Positions 47,491 to 57,860 of a stretch of 64,000 nt of DNA are shown here, piece after piece. Below the pieces are notes generated by a model. It made no database searches. It was not told the origin of the DNA and was given only the letters and a program-made list of their open reading frames with translations. A program made the position numbers and the translations under genes. Origin of the DNA: Candidatus Latescibacterota bacterium (GTDB lineage: Bacteria > Latescibacterota > UBA2968). Numbering within the stretch: position 1 is the first letter of the stretch; each line of letters begins with the position of its first letter. The DNA lies in the NCBI GenBank assembly GCA_965204745.1, contig OZ242010.1:2912001-2976000 (forward strand), read 5' to 3'.

Positions 47491-49313
47491 TCAAATGCAC
47501 CGCTCCAACGCGCCGATCAAATCCTCGGTCTGCCCGAACAACTGTTGCATCTCCTCTGCGGACACTTCCCCCGGCGCGAACCGCGCGCGGTCACTCGCGG
47601 CAAACACGTCTTGCACCTGCGCGATCACCTGCTCATCCACGCCGCATTCCACGAGCACAACGCGCACTTGCTCTGCGGTCAGCCCAGCGGCTACGCGATT
47701 GGTGCGATCCGCGACAAACTGCGCCAAAGACCTGTGGATCTCGCCGTAAAACCCCGTGCTATCGCCCGCGAGCATCAACTGACGCGCCTTGCCCAAACGC
47801 CTGCGCGCCTCGGATCGGGAACGCCGCCTGCGCGCATAAGCCACATCGCCTGCCAACCGCTCGCGGTGCCGCCGATACAGGTACGCGCCTGCAACCCCCA
47901 AAACCGGGACGACCTGCAAAAGCCAAAACCCGCCGCGTTGATGCAACGACAGGCTTTGATCCGCCAACCGCATGTGGTCGGGCTTGATGTACCGAATGTC
48001 ACTGCCCAGCGCGCGCACCTCTTCCCCCGGCAACCCGGCGACCGGTTGCGGCCCTTGTTCGCCTGGGGCAACGCGCAACGCAATGGGCTTGGTCCGTGCG
48101 GTCTCGTATCGCGCTTGTGTCGGATCGAAATAGGCCAGCGCGAAAGGCGGTAACGTCACCTGTCCGTCGCGCTGCGGAATCGCCACGTACTCAAATGTCT
48201 TTTGCCCACCCAAGCTGCCATCGGCTTCCATATTCGCCTTGGGATCGTAAAACTTGAACCCCGCGCCTTTGGGGCGCATCAAATCCGCTATCGCGTGCAA
48301 ATTGCCCGTGCCGCGCACCACCACCTTCACCGCTATCGGATCGCCCGCTTTCACAGAAGTAGGTATGGCTTCTGCGCGTAGCTCAAATTGTCCAACCGCG
48401 CCGCCAAACCCCACGGGCGCGCCGGGCGGCAATGGCTTCACCTCGATCTCGACATCGCCCGACCGCACCTTTACATGTTGCGTATTAAACGCGCCAAAGG
48501 GATCGAAATCGAACAAACTGCGCGACCTGCGCGCGGCGACGATTTCGCAATTCACCTCGAGTGGCTCCAAGGCGTGCTCGCCCGCTGTGGTGGGAAACAG
48601 GGCCAACCGCTTGAGCAGTGCCGCATTAAACGCACGCCCATCGACCGTCTCGCGCTGCATATTCAATCGCTGTGCATCAAACCCGGTCTCTGCCCAAAAC
48701 CCGGTGAACGTGGGCACATGGCCGTACTGCACATTTCGCAAATCGTAGCGCGTGAACAACTTATAGGTCAGGCGAACCGGCTCGCCCACGTACACCACGC
48801 GCTTGTCCGGAATCGCCTGCAAAAACAAATTTTGCTCGATATCCCGAACCTCTGTCTCGGTCATCGCCTGCCCGGCTTGGGGCACGGCCCGCGTCTTCGG
48901 ACGCCCACTCGCTTTGACCACCTCAACGCGCACCTGCTCCGACCGCATCGTTTTGCCATCGTAGGTCAACTGCGCCGGGCCGAGGAGATACGTGCCCTCA
49001 TGTTGCGCGAAAAAGAAAACACGTACGTCGTCGTGCGCTTTGTCGCCATCGCGCCATTGACAAAATTGACGGACATAGATGTAGAAGACGAACTCCCGGA
49101 CAGATGCAACCCGGCCGGCGTTGGCACATGGGGTTGCGGCAATCCCCTCATTTGCGCGGCCTCGACCACCACTGTGAACTGAATCTGCTCGCCGACCTCA
49201 ACCCGCGTGCGATCTACAGACGCCTGCAACGTCACATCCTGCGCCCGCGACGGGCTGGACAGGATGATGGAAAGGGCAAATAAAAGGGGAAATATGGGGT
49301 TCTTGTTTTTCAT
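47491..49313 (-). pseudogene. BatD-family protein split by a 1-nt frameshift (or sequencing error)
   Basis: N-part ASVDRTRVEVGEQ..SSSTSMSVNFVNG; C-part GAVGQF, GTGNL, YFDP, DIRYIK. One extra T in the T-run near 49010-49014 restores FSFFAQHEGTYLLGPAQLTY. Confidence 0.75.
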
Positions 49314-49431
49314 GTCAGTTGTCAGTTGTCAGTTGTCAGTTGTCAGTTGTCAGTTGTCAGTTGTCAGTTGTCAGTTGTCAGTTGTCAGTTGTCAGTTGTC
49401 AGTTGTCAGTTGTCAGTTGTCAGTTGTCAGT
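49313..49431. repeat. 7-bp tandem repeat TGTCAGT x17
   Basis: Perfect array abutting the batD start codon. Confidence 0.97.
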
Positions 49432-50515
49432 CCGTCACCGCTCGTGCCTTTGAACAGCTATCGCCAGTTGTACCCCTTTTGTGCCTGAACTGGCTGTCGC
49501 CTTGTGTGGCTAAACGCCCGTCTTTCAAATCAACTTCAACACTGCAACGTTCGTAATCAACAAGTTGATCAGCTCCTTCGAGAGGGGGACAAAACACCAC
49601 CCAGGCAGGAATCGTCATCATGAGTTGGTCAAATCGCAGCCGGGGGAAGGTCCAGCGGAACCACATCATGAGCACGATGAGCGCGTACACCTTGATGAAG
49701 AACCACGCGGCGTCTGGCAAAATGGGGCCGCGCCAGCCCCCCAAAAAGAGCACGGTTGCCAACGCGCATGCAAAAATCATGTGGGAGTATTCCGCGAAAA
49801 AGAACAGCCCAAAGCGCATGCCGGAATACTCGGTGTGGAAGCCGGCGACGAGTTCGGATTCCGCTTCGGGAATGTCGAACGGCGCGCGGTTGGTTTCCGC
49901 AGTGGCCGAGATGATGAAGATGATCAGCGCGATGGGTTGCACCAGCACAAAGGGATAGGACGATTGCGCGAGGGTGATGTCGTAGAGCGACATGGTGCGC
50001 GTGATCATCACAATCGGGATGACCGAGAGGATGAGCGGAATTTCGTAGGAGATATTTTGCGCGACCGAGCGCACCGCGCCGAGCAGGGCGTATTTGTTAT
50101 TCGATCCCCAGCCCGCCAAAAAGATGCCCACCACATTGATGCCGCTGATCGCGAGGATGAGGACCACGGCGATGTTGAAATCGTGAAAAATGTACGTGCG
50201 CGTAATCGGAAAGAGCGAGGACAGCGCGACCACCGGGGCAAAGACCATGATCGGCGCGATCACGTAGAGCAATTTGTTGGCGTGCGCGGGGGTGAGGAGT
50301 TCCTTGCTGAGCAATTTGCCCATGTCAAAAATTTGCTGCATCAGCCCAAAAGGCCCGCGCTGTGGCCCAATGCGCCGCTGGATGCGCGCGCTGAGTTTGC
50401 GTTCCAGCCAGATCAACGCGATGGCATTGACGCTCAAATAGCCCATAATCACCGCAATGGTCACGCCGAGCGCGAGATAGGGATTGTCGAGAAGTTGGAC
50501 GATGTCTGTTTTCAT
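49427..50515 (-). pseudogene. nuoH: NADH-quinone oxidoreductase subunit H, C-terminally truncated or chimeric
   Basis: LERKLSARIQRRIGP, SNNKYALLG, AETNRAPFDIPEAESELVAG, PRLRFDQLM; then unrelated sequence replaces the last TM helix. Confidence 0.85.
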
Positions 50516-50670
50516 TTTGCGTTTGTGATTAGATCGACAGGGCTTGCGAGGGAATGCGAAATTCTAGGATTGCCACACGTTCTCTGAGGGCTTCGCATAT
50601 TGCGTGCGAAGCATTAAACCGCTCCGCATAAGCGCGCCGACGTTGACGGATTTCATTTGCAATGGGATCC

Positions 50671-53553
50671 TCAATCATCGTCGGCATCCAACCATTCTTC
50701 TGATGTCCAATGCGCGGTGTGAGGTTGACAATCCGCTACGGCAAGGGGGAGTATCCCATTGGGATGTTTGAAACGAGTGCTTGCCGTGCCAATTAGCCGC
50801 CCGGCCTCCTTCATCAAGTGGTTGTAAGACTGCCGACGTGCTTGAAGATTCAATTGGGGCATGGAAGCAGATGCAACAGGCGATACCAGCCACTCCGAAA
50901 GGAAGAGGGGATTTTTTGTTATTTTTCCATCTGTTGTAAAAAGCGTTATAAATTCTTCGGATAAAGCATCGCCTTGGTCGTTCTGCCAGCGCAGTTTCAG
51001 TGCAGCGAGTACCCCAGGTAACGTTCCTGTTGGTAATAAAATTGAGGCATAGTACCCATCGAATGGGTGCGATTTTGCAACGTCAACCATATATTGAAAA
51101 AACGGGGTTTTGAAATCGAGTAGCACGACATTCTTCAAACGCTGTGCAAGACGACGGTCGGTTGTAATCCTGACCACGGTTCTTTGATGAAATTCCGAGA
51201 ACTTACCGCGCATTTCCTCCGGAAGACGAATTTCCAGCACTTTGTCGTCGTACAGCGTGGTTTGAATATCTATCCCGACAAACGGCAACATCCCGCGAAT
51301 GAACAGATCGACATGTTGCATGGTAAACCCGATAGTGCCACTCAGCGCGTTGGGATCGTAACCTGCGACATGACTGAATATCTCATCTTGTAATTCCTTG
51401 GCGCGTCGCGCACTGGCCAGTGCTTCGTCAATTTGATCGGTCGTGCGATGGATTTCCATCGTGGTTGTCGCTCGGAGAATTGAAGCCATGTCCAGATTGT
51501 CCAGTACATCGCCGAGAATCTCAGCATAAAGGCGGTCATTGTATTCTGTGCCGACCGGAGCCATATCTTGCGCGATCTGGGTTACGCGTTGGAGCATGAG
51601 GTCAATCGCAGCATTGTCGAAGTTGTCGTGTGCATGTAAGTTGAACACAATGACGGGTTCGTTCTGTCCATATCGGTATAGTCGGCCGATGCGCTGTACC
51701 AATCGCGCAGGGTTCCAGGGTAGATCGTAATTCACGATAACGTGGCAGGTTTCATGAAGATTGATGCCTTCGCCACCAGCCTCAGTCGAGATCATGAATT
51801 GTGCAGACGTGTTAAACGCTTCGATAGCTGCGAGTTTCTCATCAAGTGTCATAGAACCGTTAATCAAGACGACGCCGTTCGCATTGCCAAAGCAATATTC
51901 GACTGCTTCTTGAATATATGTCTGCGTTCCTCGGTACTCGGTGAAGACGAGCAATTTCTCGCCATCTGCGACAAGTGGTTTTACGACTTCGTTGAGGAAT
52001 AAGCGCAGTTTTTCGTCATTTTGCCGCACGATTTTCGCGGCGTCGAGCAATTGCCCAATCATTTCGCGTTCACGAGAAAAAAATTCCGCGGCTGAAGCCA
52101 TAGATATACGCGATTCGAGATCATCTTGATCGTCTCCCCCCTCAATCAGATCCTCGACCGTGAATTGTTCCTGTAGGTCTCTATCCGTTCCTAAATTCAG
52201 TTCCCCGGACAACCTCTCAAGTCGAAGTTGAAGTGCTCTCTCAATCGCCGCAATACTCGACGAGGCCAACTTCCGATACGTCGTCATAACAAAACCGATG
52301 GCGCGGCCAATATTTCCGGCATTCTCGCCGGAGCGGTATCCACGGATCAGATAGTCTCGCAAGAGTTTGCCAAATGCGCGTGTGGCTCGAGACGGCTCTA
52401 CGGGAATCCGATGAATAACCTGCCCTTTGAATATGAATTTTCCATCGGCGTCGGTGACTTCGTTCTTGCGGTTTCGCAGGATAATATCGCTGACGATTTC
52501 GGGATTGGCTTCGAGTGTACGTATCTGTGGGCGCAGATCAGGGCGCACGAGTTCCAGTATCGAAAGGAACCGGTCCTCATAGCCTTGATGAGGCGTGCCA
52601 CTCAACAAGAGGAACGCATCAGCCATTGGGCGCAACATCTCCGCCAATCGGTAGCGATCCGTTCGCACGCCGCTTTCATATCGCGTGAGTTTATGGCCCT
52701 CATCAAAGACGACAATGTCCCAGCCGTCGGTTTGTCGAAATGTCTCCAAGTGGTGTGGCTGTTTGGCGAGATCAATGGATACGATGACGTGATCGTATTG
52801 TTTCCAATGCTCCGATCTGTTGATCGTAAAGTCACGACCATAGATCATGAATTGTTGATCGAATTTGTACTGAAGTTCATCCTGCCACTGCCTAACCAGA
52901 CCCGCTGGTGAGACCACGAGCACGCGGCGGGCTTGCCCCTTTTGTTTGAGTGCTGCAAGCAAAAGGCCGACCTCAATGGTCTTACCGAGACCTACGTCAT
53001 CGGCGATCAGCCAGTTGTAGTTTCCCGAACTCAGTATTCTGTGAACGAGTTGTATCTGGTGCGGAAGTGGGTCAACTTCCAAGCGGTCAAGGGCACCGGT
53101 CAGATGATTCCAGTTCTCGAGCGCATGGGCGAGAAGTCGCAGACGCAAGCGTTCCGCGTGATCATCCACAGAGGTCTCGGCACGTTCATAACGCATCGCA
53201 ACATCTTTGATCCGCCGCAGATTCTCATAAGGTAGCCAGACCGAACGGCCGTCATTATTGAGCTGTACGAGCAACTGCTCGCGACCACCCAACTCGCGGC
53301 CACCAATGACACGGCCCTCGCCCAGTGATTTACGCGTCGCAGAGATGGGGACATCTTGGACTGCCCACCCCTGTTGAAAACCCGATCTGAGAACAGCCAA
53401 CGGTACCCATTCCTCATTGGAAGTACCCCAAGCAATTCTCATCTCGACGCGGTCCAAGGTCTTCCGGTGTTCGACAACCCATCCTAATGGACCGTTTTTA
53501 TCGCGGCGGCGAACCCAACATCCATCCACGGGAATCAGATTATCGGCGGTCAT
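50671..53553 (-). CDS. SNF2-family helicase (RapA/DrmD-like)
   Basis: PLPHQ, IADDVGLGKT, DEGH, LLSGTP, STEAGGEGINL, YDLPWNP..QRIGRLYRYGQ; lower GC. Confidence 0.92.
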   Translation of the reverse strand: MTADNLIPVDGCWVRRRDKNGPLGWVVEHRKTLDRVEMRIAWGTSNEEWVPLAVLRSGFQQGWAVQDVPISATRKSLGEGRVIGGRELGGREQLLVQLNNDGRSVWLPYENLRRIKDVAMRYERAETSVDDHAERLRLRLLAHALENWNHLTGALDRLEVDPLPHQIQLVHRILSSGNYNWLIADDVGLGKTIEVGLLLAALKQKGQARRVLVVSPAGLVRQWQDELQYKFDQQFMIYGRDFTINRSEHWKQYDHVIVSIDLAKQPHHLETFRQTDGWDIVVFDEGHKLTRYESGVRTDRYRLAEMLRPMADAFLLLSGTPHQGYEDRFLSILELVRPDLRPQIRTLEANPEIVSDIILRNRKNEVTDADGKFIFKGQVIHRIPVEPSRATRAFGKLLRDYLIRGYRSGENAGNIGRAIGFVMTTYRKLASSSIAAIERALQLRLERLSGELNLGTDRDLQEQFTVEDLIEGGDDQDDLESRISMASAAEFFSREREMIGQLLDAAKIVRQNDEKLRLFLNEVVKPLVADGEKLLVFTEYRGTQTYIQEAVEYCFGNANGVVLINGSMTLDEKLAAIEAFNTSAQFMISTEAGGEGINLHETCHVIVNYDLPWNPARLVQRIGRLYRYGQNEPVIVFNLHAHDNFDNAAIDLMLQRVTQIAQDMAPVGTEYNDRLYAEILGDVLDNLDMASILRATTTMEIHRTTDQIDEALASARRAKELQDEIFSHVAGYDPNALSGTIGFTMQHVDLFIRGMLPFVGIDIQTTLYDDKVLEIRLPEEMRGKFSEFHQRTVVRITTDRRLAQRLKNVVLLDFKTPFFQYMVDVAKSHPFDGYYASILLPTGTLPGVLAALKLRWQNDQGDALSEEFITLFTTDGKITKNPLFLSEWLVSPVASASMPQLNLQARRQSYNHLMKEAGRLIGTASTRFKHPNGILPLAVADCQPHTAHWTSEEWLDADDD

Positions 53554-53617
53554 AAGCTCGTCTTTTTTGGTTGTTGCGATTTAAGTAGGAACGAATATGG
53601 CCTGAGTCGAAACGAGC

Positions 53618-54643
53618 CTAAAAAGCTCCTTGACGTATGGCAACGAGGTCCGAGGCGTCCGAAAACTGCCGCCACCAACCGTAGTCGTCCACGAGATCTG
53701 GTTCTTCACTGTACGCTTGCATCATATCGAAGCCATCGCAGAGGATTTGGATTTGGGCATTTTCGGTTTTCGCGGCAATGAATGCGGGAAAACTCACATA
53801 ACCGGGGGTTCCAGGCGAAGTTGCCATCCACTCGTCAAACCACTTGTCGTCGATCATCATTTCCGGCGGGTACTCCCAACGTGCAAGGCACACGCGCCGT
53901 GCAAGTGTCCAAGATAAGGCTGTCTCTCCACGGTGTTGCATGTGGCGGATTTGTCCGCGATAGCGATAATACCACCATCCCGACCTATGCTCCCATATAT
54001 TTCGCAATTCCACCATGGCTTTGAGGGTGTTGAGATCGAGATCTTCGGCGGCGGTCTGGATCGCCCGAAATGTCATTGCATGAGTACGGTGCTCAAATAG
54101 GTTAACCAAAAAATAGAGTGCCTCGTCTTGCTCTCGTTTGCTCGGCAAGCCGAGTATGCGCGTAATGGTGGCAGCTTTTGTTTTCGCTTTTTGGAGGGAT
54201 GGTTCTTCCGGTTCCAATTCCCATGGATCTCGTTGTGCTCCTTCATCAAAGTCGTAGAGTCCTCCAAAGTCGCTATGGAGTAGCGTATCCTTTACAGCAA
54301 AGTCGTTTGTCCGTTCGGTGTCTTCTCGAAAAAAATTTTGCCATTTCGCATCCTCGGTAACTTCACCATCATAAGGCGATGTTTCCCCCATATAGTCAGA
54401 TGATAAATCGGCTGTGTCCTGAGTGTCCGTGCGATAGTCGGAGTTCAGTTCTGCGCCATCCCGTTTTGCGACCTCATGCGCTTCGTCGATTTGTGCGTCG
54501 TTGTTGTCGAGTGCCCAGGGGTCGATAAAAACAGGATCATCAATCGGTATTGGCTGATGATCCTCATTTTCCCAATTCAAATCTGCCGAGGACTTCGAGG
54601 CGTGCCGTGCGTCGTATTCGTATTTCTGAGTTTTGTCATTCAT
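53618..54643 (-). CDS. Hypothetical protein with acidic N-terminal half and Trp-rich C-terminal domain
   Basis: GGAGG RBS; D/E-rich first ~145 aa; co-oriented with the helicase. Confidence 0.75.
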   Translation of the reverse strand: MNDKTQKYEYDARHASKSSADLNWENEDHQPIPIDDPVFIDPWALDNNDAQIDEAHEVAKRDGAELNSDYRTDTQDTADLSSDYMGETSPYDGEVTEDAKWQNFFREDTERTNDFAVKDTLLHSDFGGLYDFDEGAQRDPWELEPEEPSLQKAKTKAATITRILGLPSKREQDEALYFLVNLFEHRTHAMTFRAIQTAAEDLDLNTLKAMVELRNIWEHRSGWWYYRYRGQIRHMQHRGETALSWTLARRVCLARWEYPPEMMIDDKWFDEWMATSPGTPGYVSFPAFIAAKTENAQIQILCDGFDMMQAYSEEPDLVDDYGWWRQFSDASDLVAIRQGAF

Positions 54644-54671
54644 TCATCGTCCTCCTTTTAATTTTTCGTTC

Positions 54672-55802
54672 CTATCGGTCGATCTCGGGCACGACGATGT
54701 CGATGCTGCCCAGGATCGCGACCGCGTCGGCGAGGAGGGTGCCTGGCATGACCGCGGGCATGGTGGAGATGTGGGAGAAGGACGGGGTTCGCAATTTGAG
54801 GCGGAACGGGATGTCGCTGCCGTCGCTGGCGATGTACATGCCGAAACTGCCGCGCGGCGATTCCACGCAAAAATAATAGTCGCCTTGGGCCGGGCGAATG
54901 CGTCTGGGCACGCGGGCCGCGACAAAGGGCCCGTCGGGTATCGCGCTCGTGGCTTGCTCGACAATGCGAATGCTCTGGCGCGTTTCTTCCATGCGGACGA
55001 GCGTGCGGGCAAAGCAATCGCCCTCGGTTTGGGTGGGCACGTCAAAGTCGAACCGGTCGTAAATGCCGTAGGGTTCGGCTTTTCGCACGTCATGGGCTAT
55101 GCCCATCGCGCGCAGGCACGGGCCGGTGATCGCGTACTTTTGAACGAGGTCGGATGCGAAAACGCCCACGCCAATCGTGCGTTCCCGAAAGATGACATTG
55201 CCGATGACCAGCTTTTCGTATTCTTTTAAGCGCGTCCGAAAATAGGTGCAGAAGTCCGCGACTCGCTCGAGGAAGACATCATCGACATCGAGGCTCACGC
55301 CCCCGAATCGCGCGTAGCAATACGTGAGGCGCGATCCCGTGATTCGGTCGAGGATATCGAGGATTTTCTCCCGGTCGTCAAACGCATACAGAAACGGGGT
55401 GAACGCGCCCAGGTCCATCAAAAACGTGCCCAGCCAGAGCAGGTGGCTCGAGATGCGGTTGAGTTCGTTGCAGATGATTCGGATGTACTCGGCGCGTTCT
55501 GGCACGTCAATGCCCATCGCGCGCTCGATGGCTTGGCAATAGCCCACGTTGTAGATCATCCCGCCGAGGTAATCCACGCGGCTCGGGTTGGGCAGGAATT
55601 GGAGGTAATCCCGATTCTCTGCCATTTTCTCGTGCGCGCGGTGGCCGTAGCCGATGATCGGCTCTGCGGAAATCACGCGCTCCCCATCCAGATGCAATTT
55701 GATCCGCATGACGCCGTGTGTCGATGGGTGTTGCGGCCCCATGTTGAGATAGTAAGTATCGCGGTTTTGCGGGTCTTGCGCGACCTCGAATCGGCTGTCC
55801 AT
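54672..55802 (-). CDS. nuoD: NADH-quinone oxidoreductase subunit D
   Basis: LNMGPQHPSTHGVMR, ELNRISSHL, ESPRG, LGSIDIVVPEIDR. Confidence 0.95.
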   Translation of the reverse strand: MDSRFEVAQDPQNRDTYYLNMGPQHPSTHGVMRIKLHLDGERVISAEPIIGYGHRAHEKMAENRDYLQFLPNPSRVDYLGGMIYNVGYCQAIERAMGIDVPERAEYIRIICNELNRISSHLLWLGTFLMDLGAFTPFLYAFDDREKILDILDRITGSRLTYCYARFGGVSLDVDDVFLERVADFCTYFRTRLKEYEKLVIGNVIFRERTIGVGVFASDLVQKYAITGPCLRAMGIAHDVRKAEPYGIYDRFDFDVPTQTEGDCFARTLVRMEETRQSIRIVEQATSAIPDGPFVAARVPRRIRPAQGDYYFCVESPRGSFGMYIASDGSDIPFRLKLRTPSFSHISTMPAVMPGTLLADAVAILGSIDIVVPEIDR

Positions 55803-55810
55803 TGTGCCTC

Positions 55811-56260
55811 TCACTCGCTGCGATAGGGGTTGGGGGGATCGACAAAGTCTTTGAGCAGGGGATGGCCCACGTAATCTTCTTCCATCAAAATGCGCTTCAA
55901 CTCCGGATGCCCGTCAAACACGACGCCGTACATGTCGAAAATCTCGCGCTCGTACCAGTCCGCAGCCGGGAAGACCGCAACAATGCTGTGCACGGTCGCA
56001 TCTGGTGCAATGTCCGCGGCGATCACCTGCCGCTGGGGCGCGCCGTATTGGTTGAACTGATAGATCAGGCGAAAGACGCTATCCGCCTCCCGCCGGTCTT
56101 GGCAGGTGATCAGTTCGAGGTGAAAGTTGTCTGCTCGAAAGACTTCGGCGATCTGCGGGAGGTCGTCCGGCAATGCCGCGTAGTGCATGTGATACCCGCG
56201 TTCGGAGTACGGCACATCCGCCGAGTCGCTTATGAGTGCGGAGAGGTCGTCCGGGGTCAT
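55811..56260 (-). CDS. nuoC: NADH-quinone oxidoreductase subunit C
   Basis: [34 protein letters not shown]. Confidence 0.93.
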   Translation of the reverse strand: MTPDDLSALISDSADVPYSERGYHMHYAALPDDLPQIAEVFRADNFHLELITCQDRREADSVFRLIYQFNQYGAPQRQVIAADIAPDATVHSIVAVFPAADWYEREIFDMYGVVFDGHPELKRILMEEDYVGHPLLKDFVDPPNPYRSE

Positions 56261-56790
56261 GGTTTGAATTTCTTTCCGGCTTTGATTTTCTCTTCGAGTT
56301 TGAACAGCGCGGCGAACAGGGCTTCAGGGCGCGGCGGGCAGCCGGGTACGTACACATCCACCGGCACGATTTTGTCCGCGCCTTCGACAATGGCGTATTG
56401 CCCGGGATATTTGAACGGGCCGCCGTCAATGGTGCAACCGCCCATGGCAATGGCCCATTTGGGCGCGGGCATCTGATCCCACAGGGTTTTGATCGCAGGG
56501 GCCATCTTGCGCGAGATCGTGCCCGCGAGGATCATCACATCGGCTTGCCGCGCACTCGGGCGAAACACGCCCGCGCCAATGCGGTCGAGGTCGAACCGCG
56601 CCGCGCCTGCGGCCATCATTTCTATCGCGCAACAGGCCAGTCCAAACGTGAGGGGCCACAGGGAGCGCGCCCGGGCGTGGTTGAGCAGGTTTTCCAGCAT
56701 GTCCATGTGGATCAACGGGCCGACCTGTTCGCGCAGTTCTTCGATGTTTTTGGGATCGCCCGCAACAAGGGGGAGGTCGTTGGGTGTCAT
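56257..56790 (-). CDS. nuoB: NADH-quinone oxidoreductase subunit B
   Basis: [35 protein letters not shown]. Confidence 0.95.
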   Translation of the reverse strand: MTPNDLPLVAGDPKNIEELREQVGPLIHMDMLENLLNHARARSLWPLTFGLACCAIEMMAAGAARFDLDRIGAGVFRPSARQADVMILAGTISRKMAPAIKTLWDQMPAPKWAIAMGGCTIDGGPFKYPGQYAIVEGADKIVPVDVYVPGCPPRPEALFAALFKLEEKIKAGKKFKP

Positions 56791-57164
56791 GATTCGCTTC
56801 TCCAGTGCAAAACGCCTTTGCGCCACGCATAGACAATGGCGAGGAAGAGGATGCCGACAAAGATCGTCAATTCGATGAAATCCCGCCAAACATAGGTTCC
56901 CGAGTCGTAGATCACGGCAATGGGCAGAATGTAGAGCACATCGACTTCAAAGGCAACGAAGATGAGCGCGAACAAGTAATAGGCAATGTCAAAGCGCACC
57001 CAAGCACTGCCGATGGTGTCCACCCCGCATTCGTATGTGTCCTTGGTCTTGCGCCCCCGCGCCCGCGGCGAGATGATCAACGGCAACACCACCGGAATCG
57101 CGCCGAGCACCACCCCCGCAACCAACAACGCGCCGAGAAACCCATACTGCGAAATCCAGTCCAT
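56787..57164 (-). CDS. nuoA: NADH-quinone oxidoreductase subunit A
   Basis: [29 protein letters not shown]. Confidence 0.93.
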   Translation of the reverse strand: MDWISQYGFLGALLVAGVVLGAIPVVLPLIISPRARGRKTKDTYECGVDTIGSAWVRFDIAYYLFALIFVAFEVDVLYILPIAVIYDSGTYVWRDFIELTIFVGILFLAIVYAWRKGVLHWRSES

Positions 57165-57180
57165 ACGCTCTCCTTTTGCA

Positions 57181-57624
57181 TCATGCGAATTTCCAAACCA
57201 GCCAAATCAGGATGAACAACACGCCATAAAAAGGCAAAATCGCAGATGAACCCAAACTTCGTGCGAACTGCCGGGCAATTCGCCCCCTCGGACGCACCAC
57301 ATAGAGATCGGACAACGCGACCTCGCCCTTGTGGAGTTTGCCGACAAATGCGTTGTACGAACCGCGAAAAGCGCGTTCCAGTGCCAAGTAATAGGTGTCG
57401 AGAAACAGAAACAGCACTGCCGGGATGAATGCAAGTGGCATGTAATTGACCGTCTCTGTTCGAGTCATCAACACCAACACTGCCGCCACCAGCGTGATGC
57501 ACCATATCTTGCAGGACGCACTGTTGGCCGCCATCCGCTGAATGACTGCCTGAAGGATGGACAAGTGCGTTCTCACCGCATCGGACTCCGCGCAGTATTT
57601 TTTGGTTTGCGCTTGCTCTGCCAT
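57181..57624 (-). CDS. Small multi-TM hypothetical protein (HL..LQ..I.RMA.NS...K.W..LDTYYL..ER.FR family)
   Basis: GAGGAGG RBS; motif pattern recalled from proteins encoded beside TIR-domain genes (unverified). Confidence 0.7.
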   Translation of the reverse strand: MAEQAQTKKYCAESDAVRTHLSILQAVIQRMAANSASCKIWCITLVAAVLVLMTRTETVNYMPLAFIPAVLFLFLDTYYLALERAFRGSYNAFVGKLHKGEVALSDLYVVRPRGRIARQFARSLGSSAILPFYGVLFILIWLVWKFA

Positions 57625-57860
57625 GGTTCCTCCTCGTGGTTTATGTGGTTAAACGCATAAATTACAGTGTTCTCAAAATAAATCAAGCGGAGACAAAGAA
57701 CGCGCTATCCCGTTCATCCTTCGCGGGGGAACGCTGTTCTTCGGCTCCTCAAAGCCCACCAGCGAGGGCAATCACACCGGTACCTCAGCATTCGCAAAGA
57801 CAGCACCGTGTGGGCGGGAAGCGCGGACGCCCTCAACCGACGGTCGCCGATAAGACTTCT

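Noticed and set aside
50671-53553. Assignment to DISARM, or as housekeeping rapA
   Set aside because: No drmABC or MTase adjacent; atypical composition and the inserted position argue against the housekeeping gene.
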